Positions 1 through 13,615 are shown, counted from the stretch's first letter. The stretch is DNA of 64,000 nucleotides from Octopus sinensis (GCF_006345805.1 NC_042999.1:18476001-18540000), one strand, 5' to 3'. Numbers and translations: made by a program. The notes: generated from the sequence alone by a model not told the origin.

Positions 1-904
1 TAATAAATTCAATCGCTAATTATTCATTTACTAAATTCATCTTGATTGAAGTGTTCTGATTAATTATTGCAAAACTAATAGAATATTAACTTTAATTAAC
101 GTAGATCAAGTTAACTATGACTCAGGTAAAGTAACTTAAGGAAAACGACAGCGATAGTCTCCGCGTAATTTCAAAAGAAGAAAGAGGGGGACAAAGAATA
201 AGGAAAACGAATAATTGATAGATATATTCATGATCATATTGCCGGCAATCATAACCCAAAAATATTTAATAGAATTAGAATAGGTTAAATGAAATAGAGA
301 ATGGGAGACGATATTGGTATAAGCAAATAAAAGTGCATGCAAGATTAATGTGGCCTAAGAAAATAAAATGCATACAAATCAATGAAAGCAGTTAAGGTAA
401 TAATCTGTCATCGTAAATTTAGAAATTTAAAATTGTTAAAATTACTAGGACAGTATCCCGTCGTTGCCGGAAAAATATCACTATAGAATTCCTTTATAAT
501 TTGTTTTCTGTATTTTTTTTTGTTTTGTTTTTTTCGTTTCACGCCAGACTATGACTTTGCCAACAGTTAAGTACTCTTGATCAGATAAGATTTTCTGTGT
601 ATTTTGGAGCAATTTATAATTTATAGACAAAATAATTTTTTGTGTTCCATTTGGTGCATAGATGTAAGGATTATTCTCAGCTCATGCTGGTGATTTTTAA
701 AGATCTTTCGACTCTGTCACTCTAATCAAATTCCTTACATATGCACTGACACAAACACCCACATGCATCCGCATTCAAACAAACACACACATATTCAGCA
801 CGAGCGATATACATGAACGGAGAGTAGGAGAGTATCTGGTATACATAAAGAGAGGTGGAAGTTTACCATAAAAAAGCGTAAATGAGATAGACAAATCAAA
901 AAGA

Positions 905-952
905 TGAGAGAAAGAAAGAAAGAGAGAGAGAAACAAAGAAAGAAAGAAAGAT

Positions 953-1007
<55 letters not shown>

Positions 1008-1052
1008 AAGAAAGACAGAAAGAAAGATAGAAAGAAAGAAATAAAGAAAGAT

Positions 1053-1087
<35 letters not shown>

Positions 1088-1232
1088 AGGAAAGAAAGGA
1101 AGAAAGAAAAAAGAAAGAAAAAAAGAAAGATAGAAAGAAAGAAAGAAAGAAAGATAAAAAGAAAGAAAGAAAGAAGAAAGAAAGAAGAAAGAAAGGAAGA
1201 AAGAAAAAAAAGAAAAAAAGAAAGAAAGAAAG
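905..1232. repeat. (AGAA)n purine microsatellite
   Basis: About 330 bp of AGAA/AGAT units. Confidence 0.95.
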
Positions 1233-2158
1233 GGGAGAGATAAAAAGATCTTTTGTCTTGCTTATACAGATTCAGAATTTTCTAAATTTTGTAAACTGAT
1301 GCACTTTTCATGCTAAATCAGATTTTCGGATTCATTTACAGTGACAAATATTAGGAAAGGTTTAAAATTTGATTATTCTTACTTAATCAGTAAATATCAT
1401 TTGGAAGCTAGCATTTTGTGCGTGATAGCTGTTTATCAGAAAATGACAGTAAATATTACATCAGCGAGGTTTAAAACAGCACGAAGGCAATTGCATGTCA
1501 TATCAAGACTGAGAGAAAGAGAGAGAGAGAGTGGGAGAGAGAGAGAGACGCATGCCTCAGAGATACACGCATACAGATAGAATGTGATGAATAGCGTGGT
1601 AAATATATATAGTGAGGAGAAAGGCATAAGAGAGAGCCTGATGAAGACGGATTGAAAATGGGGGATCTAAATGTTGAATAATTTTTCGTTGCAAATTAAA
1701 TAATTTGTCGGTAGTGTGCAACTATCGAAAATCAAATCCGTTTTTCCCGAGACTTTCCGTGACATATTCACACACATAACACACACGCGCTCTCATTAAT
1801 ATAACAGATGCTTGTTAAATAGCGATATTTATAGAGATCAATTATTTATCTGCAATGAAGCTACGCGTTGAAAGGCCACGTTTAGTTAACAAAAAAATTG
1901 ATGTAGTATACTCGTAAAAAAAAAAAATGAAAATATAAAATATGGAGAAAAACTGCTTTTGAAAACTAGTATTGTCACAGTGTCATTGAAGATAAAGTAA
2001 AACAATTATAATCGTACAAATTCAGTATAGGTTCAGTAGATAGTTACGTCATGACTAAAACGAATTTTAAAATTATGGGGTTTGGGTGTAATAAGGAAAG
2101 GTCGACTTATTTAAAAGAATTACAATGAATTATGAAGTTCATAAATGTTATGATGGAT

Positions 2159-2532
2159 GGAAGCACTCCGTCGGTTTCGACGACGAGGGTTCCGGTTGAT
2201 CCGATCAACGGAACAGCCTGCTCGTGAATGTAAAGTGGAAGTGGCTGAGCACTCCCCAGACACGTGTACCCTTAACGTAGTTCTCGGGGCTATTCAGCGA
2301 GACACAGAGAGTGACAAGGCCGGCCCTTTGAAATACAGATACAACAGAAACAGGAAGTAAGAGAAAGTTGTGGTGAAAGAGTACAGCAGGGATCAGCACC
2401 ATCCCTGCCGGAGCCTCGTGGAGCTTTAGGTGTTTTCGCTCAATAAACACTCACAACGCCCGGTCTGGGAATCGAAACCGCGATCCTACGACCGAGAGTC
2501 CTCTGCCCTAACCACTGGGCTATTGCGCCTCC
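2159..2532 (-). mobile_element. tRNA-derived SINE (family D)
   Basis: Minus strand begins GGAGGCGCAATAGCCCAGTGGTTAGGGCAG with a B-box-like GGTTTCGATTCC. A related copy lies at 45926-46219. Confidence 0.8.
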
Positions 2533-2630
2533 ACTCATAAATGTTAATAACTGTTGAAAGAAATTAAAGGATTAAAACACTCACAGAAACACACAAAACC
2601 ACTCACTTTCAGACACACACGCACACACAC

Positions 2631-2940
2631 AGGAGTCATATGGCCTAGTGGTTCGAGCAGCGGACTCGCGGTTGAGGGATCTCGGGTTCGAATCTCAGAC
2701 CGGCCGATGTGTGTGTTTATAAGCGAAACACCTAAGCTCTACGCGGCTCCGGCAGAAGGTAATGGTGACTCTTTTGTCTTGCTTATACAGATTCTTTCGC
2801 CGCAACTTTCTCTCACTCTTTCCTCTTGCATCTTGCAGCTCACCTGCGATGGACCGGCGTCCCGTCCTGGTGGAGAACCTATACGCCAAGGAAACCGGGA
2901 AACCGGCCCTTATGAGCCAGAAATGATTCGAGAAGGAACA
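2631..2940 (+). mobile_element. tRNA-derived SINE with Meta/V-domain-like core (family M)
   Basis: A box TGGCCTAGTGG (2641) and B box GGTTCGAATC. The core CTGCGATGGACCGGCGTCCCGTCC..GGAAACCGG resembles deeply conserved SINE central domains. Other copies at 42030 and 7978. Confidence 0.75.
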
Positions 2941-3052
2941 TACGCACGCACACACACACACAGTCGCATTTTGCCAGCAAGTTAAAAGTAGTTGTAAAAT
3001 GTAATAGAATATTCACTAAAAAGATAACATTCACAAAAGCGTACTCCCTATA

Positions 3053-4130
3053 TTCTAAAGCGTTCGATTCTGTAGATAGGTACAAGATGTTTGAAATCCT
3101 TAAGCTCTATGGGATACCAGACAAAATCATTTCTGCCATCAATGTCATCTACACAGACACGTCTTCAACCATCTTAACCCCTGACGGAGAACATCATCTT
3201 TCTCAATCAAAGCCGGAATACTGCAGGGAGACACACTCGCCCCATTTCTTTTCATCATTGTTGTTGATTATTTGCTACATATGTCAGTTGATACCATCTC
3301 TGGCAAGGGCTTTGAAATAAAACCAAGAAGAAGTTCCAGACACCCGGCTGAGTACTTGACAGACACTGACTTTGCTAACGACATCGCTCTTATCAGTGAT
3401 TCTCTCTCCAATGCCCAGTCTCGTTTACAATCTCTTGAACAAGCCTCAAATTGTGTAGGTCTTTACCTCAATGAGGCCAAAACTGAATACATAAACAAGT
3501 GCCTGCCCAACAGTGATTGCATCATCCATACTCTCAACAATGCGCCCTTAAATATGGTTTCTGATTACAAATATCTTGGGTCATACATATCATCATCTTG
3601 AAAAGACTTTCTAACTAGAAAGGGTATGGCCTGGTCAGCCTGTAATGACATGCATAAGATCTGGTCATCAAATCTAAGTAGAGACTTCAAACTTGAAATC
3701 TTCGAAGCCACAGTCGAACCAATTTTACTATATGGCTCAGAAACCTGGACGTTATCAAAGAAGCTTGAGAGACGGTTGGATGGAACCTACACTCGCCTTC
3801 TTATGAGAGCTCAAAATCTCTCGTGGAAGCGCCATCCAACCAAAATGCAAATATATGGGAAACTACCACCTGTGTTATCTCTTGTGAAAGGTAGGAGAGT
3901 CCAGTTTGCTGGACATTGTTGTAGAGCTGAAAAAGAAGTAATTTCTACTCTTCTCCTCTGGAAGCCATCTACTCGCAATACCAGATGGCGCACACTCTCC
4001 TACCCTGATGTAATCTCTAGGGATACAGGCATCCAGCAACAGGTCCTCCGTAATGCCATGATGGACTTGAAGTCTGGCGTAGCATGGTAAATTCCATTGC
4101 CTCGACCACGTTCGAACAATGATAATGATA
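3053..4130 (+). mobile_element. 5'-truncated RTE-clade LINE, reverse transcriptase C-terminal part (frameshifted)
   Basis: Translates to AFDSVDR..EILKLYGIPDKII, DTDFANDIALIS (catalytic FADD changed to FAND), GLYLNEAKTEY, DYKYLGSYI, EATVEPILLYGSETWTL. Ends in a (GATAAT)n-like tail. Confidence 0.92.
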
Positions 4131-4436
4131 GCAGTTCATTACGCACAAAAAATATTTGACAGTCACATGTATTGTTTCCTTATATAATTTTAAATATTAC
4201 CTGAAATTGTTCTGTGTGAATAGATATGAAATAATGATACAATCTTAAATAAACATGAATTTATTTTAATTAGGAACACCTAATTCATATACTTTATTAA
4301 AGTAGTGAATTAGTTCTTAAAACCTGTGAAATTCATATGAAATATGAAATTATTTCCACATGAAGATTTAAATTGACTTACTGCGTATTTGCTATATATT
4401 TTGCGACGACACTGTTACATTTTGCATTTCAGATTC

Positions 4437-4690
4437 TATTGGGTTGGGGCATAATTATTGCGGCTTTTTTTCAACAAATTTCATTCAGCAAAATCAATAA
4501 CAATATGTAGCAAAAACATCTTTAAATGAGGGTCCGACCGTCTGCCAAGCCGATGGGAGGCAGTAATTGAATTAGATGTTGAATATGCTCCGGAATAATC
4601 ATTTAAAGATATTTTGTTACATGTTGCTATTGTTTATGCTGAATAAAATTTGTTGAAAAAAAGCCGCAATAATTATGCACCAGCCCAGTA
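4437..4690. mobile_element. Mariner-derived MITE
   Basis: About 85-bp inverted arms (4441-4527 / 4600-4686) with TA at both ends. The terminus TTGGGTTGGGGCATAATTATTGCGG resembles mariner TIRs (TTAGGTTGGTGCAAAAGTAATTGCGG type). Confidence 0.8.
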
Positions 4691-4884
4691 TATTCTCAGC
4701 AATATAAAGATGCGAAGATGACGTTTACTTCCTTCAGAAGCATAAATAAGTATTCTTTCCTGGAGACGGCCTGTTATATAACGTGACTATACGTTGTAAA
4801 AACGAATCCTGCTCAGTATGAAGAGAAATTCCATGTGAAAATATAGGTTTCAAATTTTGACAAAGGGCTAGCATATTTATGGGA

Positions 4885-5272
4885 GGGTTAATTCGGTTCC
4901 ATTGATCCCCAGCAATTCACTGGTATTTATTTTATCGAACTCGATAGGATGAAAGGCAAAAATCGAACTCGGTGAAATTTGAACTCCGTGCAGACGGGCG
5001 AAATGCCGCTAAGGATTTAACCCGGCATGCTAATGATCCTTACTTTTTTATTGCCCGCAAGGGGCTAAATATAGAGGGAACAAACAAGGACAGACAAACG
5101 GATTAAGTCGATTACACAGACCCCCAGTGCGTAACTGGTACTTAATTTATCGACCCCGAAATGATGAAAGGCAAAGTCGACCTCGGCGGAATTTGAACTC
5201 AGAACGTAACCGCAGACGAAATACTGCTACGCATTTCGTTCTGCATGCTAACGGTTCTGCCAGCTCACCGCC
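4885..5272 (-). mobile_element. Two SINE family A copies (tRNA head plus Deu/Nin-like domain)
   Basis: Reverse complement of GGCGGTGAGCTGGCAGAA..GAGTTCAAATTCCGCCGAGGTCGACTTTGCCTTTCATC..GTCGATAAATTAAGTACCAG. The upstream copy is degenerate. Confidence 0.85.
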
Positions 5273-5839
5273 TTTCTATGTGAAAATACTACTTATCAAC
5301 TTCAAATAGTATTGTGGACAGTTGGAGCTACACGAATCAAGGTATTTTAGATGTTCCCTCTCTCTTAAATTATTGAAACGAAAACCACGTATCCTCATGC
5401 TATACTGTTAAAGATATTATAATACTTCTGGATTATGCAATGATATTGAGAGAATAATAAACATATTCTGTACAGATGGTATCAATGGCCGTATGAAAAT
5501 AAAACTGCATGAAAAATATATTGTAATATAAAATTCTTAAGGTTTCCCAATTTTATCTCAATACACATGTACATATGATTAATTTCTGAATATGTTTTTG
5601 AACATATTGTGCCTTATATATATCTTAGTTTTGGCGAAGGTAAATTATTAATAACGAAATGGGTAAATTTAAACGTGATAAATTAGTTTCCTGTCAGAGA
5701 AAAAATGTATTCATTATACAGTTATAATTGTGTACCCTACGGATTTGTATCAATTGGCGGATGCATTAACTAATGATTTAATATTCCAGGACAATAAGTG
5801 AAGTCTTATCACACCATACACACTCACTAACACTAACAC

Positions 5840-5900
5840 ACAAACACACATACACATATATTCAAAGATGTATATATATGTGTGTGTGAGTGTGCGTACA

Positions 5901-5955
<55 letters not shown>

Positions 5956-6119
5956 TTATATAGATATATCCTTATATAGATATATATACTTTTATACAGA
6001 CATTTATAAATATATATATCTATATATATATATATATGTATATATCCTTATATATACATATATGCCTTTATACAGACATTTATATATATATATGCAAAAA
6101 TTTATATATACAGTTGTAT

Positions 6120-6165
<46 letters not shown>

Positions 6166-6291
6166 ATATATATGTCTGTATATACATATATATATATATA
6201 TATATATGTGTCTGTATATATACCTACAGATGTATGTACATATATATATATATGTATATGTATATATATGTGCATGTATATATATATATTC

Positions 6292-6327
<36 letters not shown>

Positions 6328-6372
6328 GCTTGCGTGCATATGTGTCTATATATGCACACATATACATATACT
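5840..6372. repeat. (TA)n-rich compound microsatellite
   Basis: Direct inspection; explains the Y/I-rich ORFs. Confidence 0.95.
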
Positions 6373-7391
6373 TGTCAAACTGCATCATACGAAGCATAAC
6401 GGGGCACTAAACGTGGCAAGAAATCGATAGATGTAGCGAAACATCTCCAGATTTAGAAATTCCTGATTATTTCCATTAATCTCCCTTTCAGCAATAACAT
6501 TATACATGATTTCATATCTGTCAATCAATTATCATCGCTTCCAACTGAATTTCATTTATAACAGTGATTGTCTATTCACATTTGTAATTAATTAAATAAC
6601 CAATATATAATCATAGAATGTCCCCATGTCTTTCGGCACGTCAATCGAAAGCAGCAGTGGTAATCATTAGAAATTTCATTACACATTACTAACTTAAAAT
6701 CTGATTAGTATAGAGCTGTCACTTATATTGTTACTGTTGATTAATTTGTCAACTTGGTCATCAAATCACAGCATTATTTCCCATTTACTGTAACTCTTTA
6801 TTATTCTAAATCACTTATGCATGCCCATCTCGCGTTCTCACTTGTCATTATCACAGAAATCAATTGGATGTGTGGACAATAATTTTCCGATTGCAAAACT
6901 GATGTATTTTTTTCCTTTATTTCTCATGTTTGTTAATAATTAAGAGCGGAAAAAAGTTACATTTTGAAAAGAACATATTTTTAATTGTGCGCCGAATGTT
7001 GTAGTTGAAATAATCCCCAGCGCGGTGACTCAATGAATGTGGATTTTGTCAACAATTGAAAATATTTTCCTGAGCATATTGCCCTTAATAAAAATAGTAT
7101 GCATGACATTGTGTTTCACGTCTCTTCTATTAGTTTTTTAAAAAATTCTCTGTGATTCTTGTTTTAAAAACCGGTGTTACAATCTCAATCTGAACCGAGT
7201 CAGTGCAAAAAATTGCTGTAACTAAACATAATATAATAACTATAATAACTCATAGTACACAAGAGGACAAAGGGACATACGGAGAAAAAAGGAATTGCTC
7301 TCACGGTGGATACGACATACTAAAATTCATGAATTATCGCCTAGTTTTCATCGCAATTTCCACACTTTGCGTGAATGGCTTAATTTTTTTC

Positions 7392-7975
7392 TATTCTAAG
7401 CCCAAGGCCCGAAATCTTGGGGGAGTGGACAGTCGATTACATCAACCCCAGTACGCAACTGATACTTAATTTATGGACCCCAAACGAATGAAAAATAAAG
7501 TCGACCCCAGCTGAATTTGAACCCAGAACGTAAAGACAGACGAAATACCTATTTCTTTACTACCCACAAAGGGCTAAACACAGAGGAGACAAACAAGGAC
7601 AGACAGACGGATTAAGTCGATTATATCGACCCCAGTGCGTAACTGGTACTTAATTTATCGATCCCAGAATGAAGGAAGGCAAAGTCGACCTCGGCAGAAT
7701 TTGAACTCACAACGTAACGGCAGACGGAATACCGCTAAGCATTTCGCCCGGTGAGCTAACGTTTCTGCTAGCTCGTCGCCTTTCAAACGTAGAAATATTC
7801 TTTTCTAATACAGGCTCAAAGTCCGCAATTTTGGGGGAGGGGGACAACCGATTAGAGCGACCGCATTACGCAACTGGTACTTAATTCATTGATCCCGAAG
7901 GGATGAAAGGCAACGTCGACTTCGGCGGTATTGGAATTCAGAGAGTAAAGACAGACGAAATACTGCTAAGCATTT
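7392..7975 (-). mobile_element. Cluster of SINE family A copies
   Basis: Three overlapping or adjacent units containing rc(GAGGTCGACTTTGCCTTTCATCC) and rc(TAAAGAAATAGGTATTTCGTCTG). Confidence 0.85.
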
Positions 7976-7977
7976 TA

Positions 7978-8037
7978 CACCAAGGAAACCGGGAAACCGG
8001 CCCTTATGTGACAGGCGTGACTCATGAAGGAACAAAC
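7978..8037 (+). mobile_element. 3' fragment of SINE family M
   Basis: CCAAGGAAACCGGGAAACCGGCCCTTATG matches 2887-2915. Confidence 0.75.
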
Positions 8038-8270
8038 ACGTAAGATATTTATATTGACCATGCATAGAGATTAGAAGCAATTGCAGATGGTTATAGATTA
8101 AGATTAGACAACCTGAAGCATGCCTATAATTTACTAGTTAAAGATCCACGGGTGAGATAGAGAGATACTCAAAAAGAAAACATTGGCTTCGTACTCATGG
8201 CAACAGGTTCATATAATCTTAAAATTGTAAAGTTCGTTCTATTTTGTAAAGAGATTATTGTTTAAGCATA

Positions 8271-8647
8271 TGTGAGGTATATTTTTCACTTAAACGTGGT
8301 TAACCACAAAGGGTGGATGCTACTGTAGCTTGTAGCCCCAGGAGAACGTCTCCAGCTGGCTATTGACACACTTTTTGTACCCTATCATTATTTGCAAAGG
8401 GAAGCCATCCTTCCCATCGTCGACCTGACGTGATACACACGGACTCGTGTTTCTGAATATTTACTCTTCGTCAGCGCACGACAATCACCGGTCTTTGATG
8501 GAAAGGATGGCTTCCCTTTGAAAATACTGATAGGGCACAGAAAGTGTGTCAATAGCCAGCGGGAGAAGATGTTCTCCTGGGGCTACAAGCTACAGTAATA
8601 TCCGCCCTTAGTAGTTAGCCACATTTAAGTGGCAAATATACTTCACA
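8271..8647. repeat. Fold-back element with ~150-bp inverted arms (Penelope-like pLTR derivative or MITE)
   Basis: 8271-8418 is the reverse complement of 8497-8647 with scattered mismatches. The spacer holds a hammerhead motif. Confidence 0.85.
8436..8479 (-). ncRNA. Type I hammerhead ribozyme motif (degenerate)
   Basis: Minus strand reads gtgcg-CTGACGA-a-gagt-aaat-attc-a-GAAAC-acga-GTC-cgtgt. Core boxes and GUC triplet are intact; there is an extra A before G12 and helix I is wobble-rich. Confidence 0.6.
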
Positions 8648-10240
8648 TTGTCGTGCAGCTACTGTTTATACCTTGTTCTGAGATTTATTATTGTTTGTTG
8701 AAGCATAGTTTGACGGTTATGTTTGTTAGAATATTACTGAAGGTGTTCTGTGTTGATTGGTCAATGATCTAGGTGTATCATGTTACTGTTATTGGATAAT
8801 TACCTGAATATTAATAGTATCATCATATTTACGTTTTCATTACCTGAGATATATCGCTGGTTTGAGTATGCATGGAAGATAAAACTTACATTATATTTGA
8901 TGTTTAATTGAATGCAGTCAGTCGCCCGCTGACACTCGTTAACGCTATATCGAAGAAACCAGAGAACAGAAGACATGCACCCAACACAAAAGTTGAAGAC
9001 ACCTCCGAAAGGGGGTGGGGCGTCACGTCAAAACAGTAGAGGAGTAGGGGCCGAAACCGGACGTGGTTCCTCCTGATGATGTCTTGAGCTAACTGGATCC
9101 TATAAAGGAGCTGTTGTGGTAACAGACCACGAAACACGGTTGAAATTCTCCATGGAGATAGTCCCGTATTGCACACAGATATAATGTTAGGAAATTTATG
9201 CGTTTTCGTATTTCGGATTTTATTTCGAATATTTAGAGTTTAAAATACTATATATAAACCCTTGAATTTACTGAAATTAATTGCGGACACTTGTAGTAGT
9301 TGTAAATATGGCTTCGCTGTAATCCTGCTGCCCTCCGAGTATATGTATCTCTCTATAGTTGAAAAATACCGTTATAGATATAAATATACCATCAACAATT
9401 ATAGAAAAATAGAGGAGATCTTGAATCAAACTTAGATTTAATACAAAATAGGATTAAATTTCTATATACATATTTGAGTATATGTTTATATGTGTGTGTG
9501 TGTGTGTATGAGTGTGCATAATGGTGATCATGAGTGCATGGAAGTTTTGTGTGTCTATGTGTGTATGTATGTGTGTTTGTGGTGCATGTGTGTGTGTTTG
9601 TGTGTGTTTGTCTGTCTGACTGTCTGTTTATCTGTGTTCGCGCAGGTGCAAATGAACAGAAATTCTGGTTAGGTTAGGAAAGATGAAGTGCTTTCTACTA
9701 TGGCGGTGTAATACTATTAAGACATACGCGTGGCAGTCCGCTGGCATTAACTGGAGCTCTGATTGTTATGCTTTATTCGTGAAGTCCTGATATGGCTTAT
9801 TCAGAGAGATATGATTTCACGAGTGAAGTGTATCACGTGAGCACTCATCACTTTTTTAGTGTATAGATTCTTGTTAATAAGAATGATAATAAGAAATTTT
9901 GATATGTAGTGCTCAGCTGGCTAATTATTAAGAAATAGCTGTTTTAAAAAGTTTCATGAAGAATCGAAAAATCTATTTTTTAGTTTTAACAAGGAGGAAC
10001 AGAAGTTCGAAAGTCTAAGAACTACTAAATGCTGCCTGTAACTGGGGAAGAAGAGTTACATTGAAACATGTCTCAGTTTCAGCGAAAAACGTTCACAAAT
10101 TACATAGATGTGTTTTTACTTAAAACCTCTATAACAAATAGTTTATCTTCGAGGCTAAACTCACTACCTACGTCTTACACATTGTAATGAATAGGACTGT
10201 TTTAAGTATAAAATTAATTATCTTTACTCACACACACCCA

Positions 10241-10305
<65 letters not shown>

Positions 10306-11440
10306 CGCTAATATCGAACAATGGGAAGATACTGTACAACACCGCTTTGGGGGATTAATATTCTTTATTTCGGAGTAAACATGGCTCCTGATTTTTCCCA
10401 ATTTTCCAGGTGTGCCGCATGGAAGTGATGGTATACGTTTCTATTTTGGATGGGATTACACGAGGTTACACAAGACTGGGCGGGATTTCGAAATAAATAT
10501 CCAGATCCCGAGAGATAACTTATAAGTATAACTTGATTATCATCTACATTACGTTAGACCAGGACTTGCATTCACTGTAAGGTGATTAATTCTTTAATCA
10601 TCTTATGTGAGAACGCTCGTGCACACCTATATGTATAAATATACATGTATGTGCACATATCGATATAAAATATGAAAATATAATGAAAACACGCAAGCAC
10701 GCACACACGCATACGTATTCATAAATATATATTTATATACCCAAAAACCTGCACCATATGCTTTGTTCATGGTTAAGTATGTGCATAGAAATATTATGGG
10801 GCTTCGTAGGTTTTTGACCTCGAAATTGGTCCATGGATTAGTAATTTCATAAGTTTTGATAGATTTTCCCTGTAATTTATATGAATGCGTAAATAGGCGT
10901 TATGCATATATCTGTATGCAGTTAGGAAATTCAGCATAAGTTCATGAGTGTATATGTATAATGTACATATTAAGCATAGTGTCCGTATAATTGATATCTA
11001 GAAACTTACCCAAGTTGGAGGGGTGGCAGGGTGTGTGTCGCCCATGCTTGAAATATGTAAGAGTGAAGTATTTCTTGTCACATTTGCTGTTCTGTCCCCT
11101 ATATTTGCTGACCTTGGGTATGTAGCTTATCTGAGAGTTGTTCACGTTCCCTTCCTTAACAATGTTGGATGAATATGTTGTGTGCCTTTTGCTTTTGTCT
11201 CCGAATAAAGCCAAATGCATCGTATGTCTCTCTTTGAAGATGTTTCTCGTTATAGATATATATGTGTATGTGTGCGTTACAAGCCTGAAGGTATCATGTA
11301 CGATATCTCATTAAACGTTGCCTTAATCTCCGCCATTGAAACCTAAATATTATGTCACTATAAATGCTTTCCTTGAGCTATAAGAACCAATTTTTCTTTT
11401 AACTATTATTAAAACTACTATATTTATACTATAATTAAAA

Positions 11441-12238
11441 GGCGGTGAGCTGGCAGAAACGTTAGCGCGACGGGCGAAACGTTTATCGGTATTTCGTCTG
11501 CCGTTACGTTCTGGATTCAAATTGACTTTGCCTTTCATCTTTTCGGGGTCGATTAAATAAGTACCAGTTACGCACTGGGGTCGATGTAATCGACTTAATC
11601 CGTTTGTCTGTCCTTGTTTGTCTCTTCTGTGTTTAGCCATTTGTGGGTAGTAAAGAAATAGGTATTTCGCCTGCCGTTACGTTCTGGATTCAAATTCCGC
11701 CGTGGTCGACTTTGCCTTTCATCCTTTCGGGGTCGATAAAATAAGTACCAGTTACGCACTGGGGTCGATATAATCGACTTAATTCGTTTGTCTGTCCTTG
11801 TTTGTCCTCTCAAAAAAGGGTGGGGGTGAGCTTGCAGAAACGTTAGCGCGCCGGACGAAACACTTAGTGGTATTTCGTCTGTCGTTACGTTCTAAGTTCA
11901 AATTCCGCCGAGGTTAACTTTGCCTTTCATTCTTTCGGAGTCGATAAATAAAGTACCAGTTTCGCAATGGAGTCGATGAAATAAACTTAATCCCTTTGTC
12001 TGTCATTGTTTGTTTCCTCTGTGTTTAGCCCCTTGTGGGTAATAAAGAAATAGGTATTTCGTCTGTCGTTACGTTCTGAGTTCAAGTTCCGCCGAGGTCG
12101 ACTTTGCCTTTCATCCTTTCGGGATCGATAAATGAATATACCAGTTTCGCTCTGGGGTCGATGTAATCGACTTAATCCCTTTGTCTGTCTTTGTTTGTCC
12201 CATCTGTGTTTAGCCCCTTGTGAGCAGTAAAGAAATAT
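11441..12238 (+). mobile_element. Tandem SINE family A array (two headed copies, each followed by a headless unit)
   Basis: Heads at 11441 and about 11825; headless restarts at GGTATTTCG (11661, 12053). Confidence 0.9.
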
Positions 12239-12324
12239 ATAATTAAAACTACTGAGACCAATCAAAATCAGGAAGAATTTAAATGATAACAAGATAAACA
12301 CTATTATTGATTTCAAATGTTTGC

Positions 12325-12510
12325 GCAAGGCCAGCAGTTTTGGCAGATGAGGTAATACGATTACATCGACCCCAGTGCTAAACTGGTACGTAATTTATCG
12401 AACACGAAAGTACGGAAGGTATAGCCGACCTCAGTATAATTTGAACCCATAATATAAATACGGACGGAACGTCGCAAAGCATTTTGTCCGGCGTGTCAGC
12501 TCACCGCGCT
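12325..12510 (-). mobile_element. Degenerate SINE family A copy
   Basis: CGATTACATCGACCCCAGTGC..ACTGGTAC..CAGCTCACCGC. Confidence 0.7.
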
Positions 12511-13299
12511 GATAGAATCCGCATTATTGAAAAGTTAAGTAGCAACACGTACTTATTTATTCGAGACTTCTGTTTTTTTTTCTTTTGTTCATGACCCATA
12601 ATACTGCAGTATATCATGTTATATTTCATGAATAAATTTGTCAAACCGATGTATTATTTGATCTGAGAAATCTGAAGGTTGTCATTCAGTTGGGAGGCTT
12701 TCCAAACATCTGTCTCTGTATTACCAAAGGCAAACCTCATTTTCTATAATCTCGTGTATCACATACGATTAGAAAAAGGATATTCATATGTTTTCCATTC
12801 ACGCATAATATATAAGAATCTCAAGCTTTATATTACACTGTATATTCTCTACTGAAAACACAATTCCAACAAAATATATCAATGGCTTTTTGCTAAGACT
12901 AATACACTTTTACATGCCGTGTTACAAAACTATGCTTCATCAAAACGTAACGGAAATGTAAATTCTGGGGATTCACTTCAATATATATTGTGCAATATTA
13001 AGTAAAACAATACGGAATACTAAGGTAATACTTCAGCACAAAGATATTGGAAACTTACGTTCTTGAATTTCTCCTGTTGTCGATTACATTTAGAAAAGTG
13101 TAAATTATTTGCTTCATGGTTAAAACATACTGAGAAACACTGTATTTATTGAATTTGTAATTCATTCTGTGTTACTCTAAACATAAATGTATTCTGCTGA
13201 AGTACATATATATATATATATACAGAGAGAGAGGGAGAGAGAGAGAGGGAGGGAGAGAGAGAGCGAGAGAGCGAGAGAGAGAGAAGGTGATATGACAGA

Positions 13300-13615
13300 A
13301 ACATTGGCACGCCGGGCGAAATGCTTAGCGTTCTGAGTTCAAATTCCGCCGAGGTCGACTTTGCCTTTCATCCTTTCGGGGTCGATATATTAAGTACCAG
13401 TTACGCACTGGGGTCGATGTAATCGACTTAATCCGTTTGCCTGTCCTTGTTTGTTCCCTCTGTGTTTAACCCCTTGTGGGTAGTAAAGGAATATGTACTT
13501 CGTCTGTCTTTATGTCCTTTCAGGGTCGATAAATTAAGTACCAGTTGCGTACTGGGTCGATCTAATCGACTGTCCCACTCCTCCAAATTTCGAACCTTGT
13601 GCCTACAGTAGAAAA
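13300..13615 (+). mobile_element. SINE family A copy with partial headless second unit
   Basis: GCACGCCGGGCGAAATGCTTAGC..GAGTTCAAATTCCGCCGAGGTCGACTTTGCC. Confidence 0.85.

Noticed and set aside
5882-6430. Long Y/I/C/V/H/T-rich ORFs here and at 27473-28235, 29068-29429, 31473-32108, 33797-34317 and 61831-62204
   Set aside because: They are translations of (TA)n/(TG)n/(CA)n microsatellites, which lack stop codons in several frames.
9066-9145. CTGATGA ... GAAAC pair suggesting a hammerhead
   Set aside because: No helix II closes next to the core and no helix I partner is present; at best a decayed repeat.
10410-10581. Segment with acceptor-like TTTTCCAG and a downstream GT
   Set aside because: Stops in all three plus frames and no recognisable protein on either strand.
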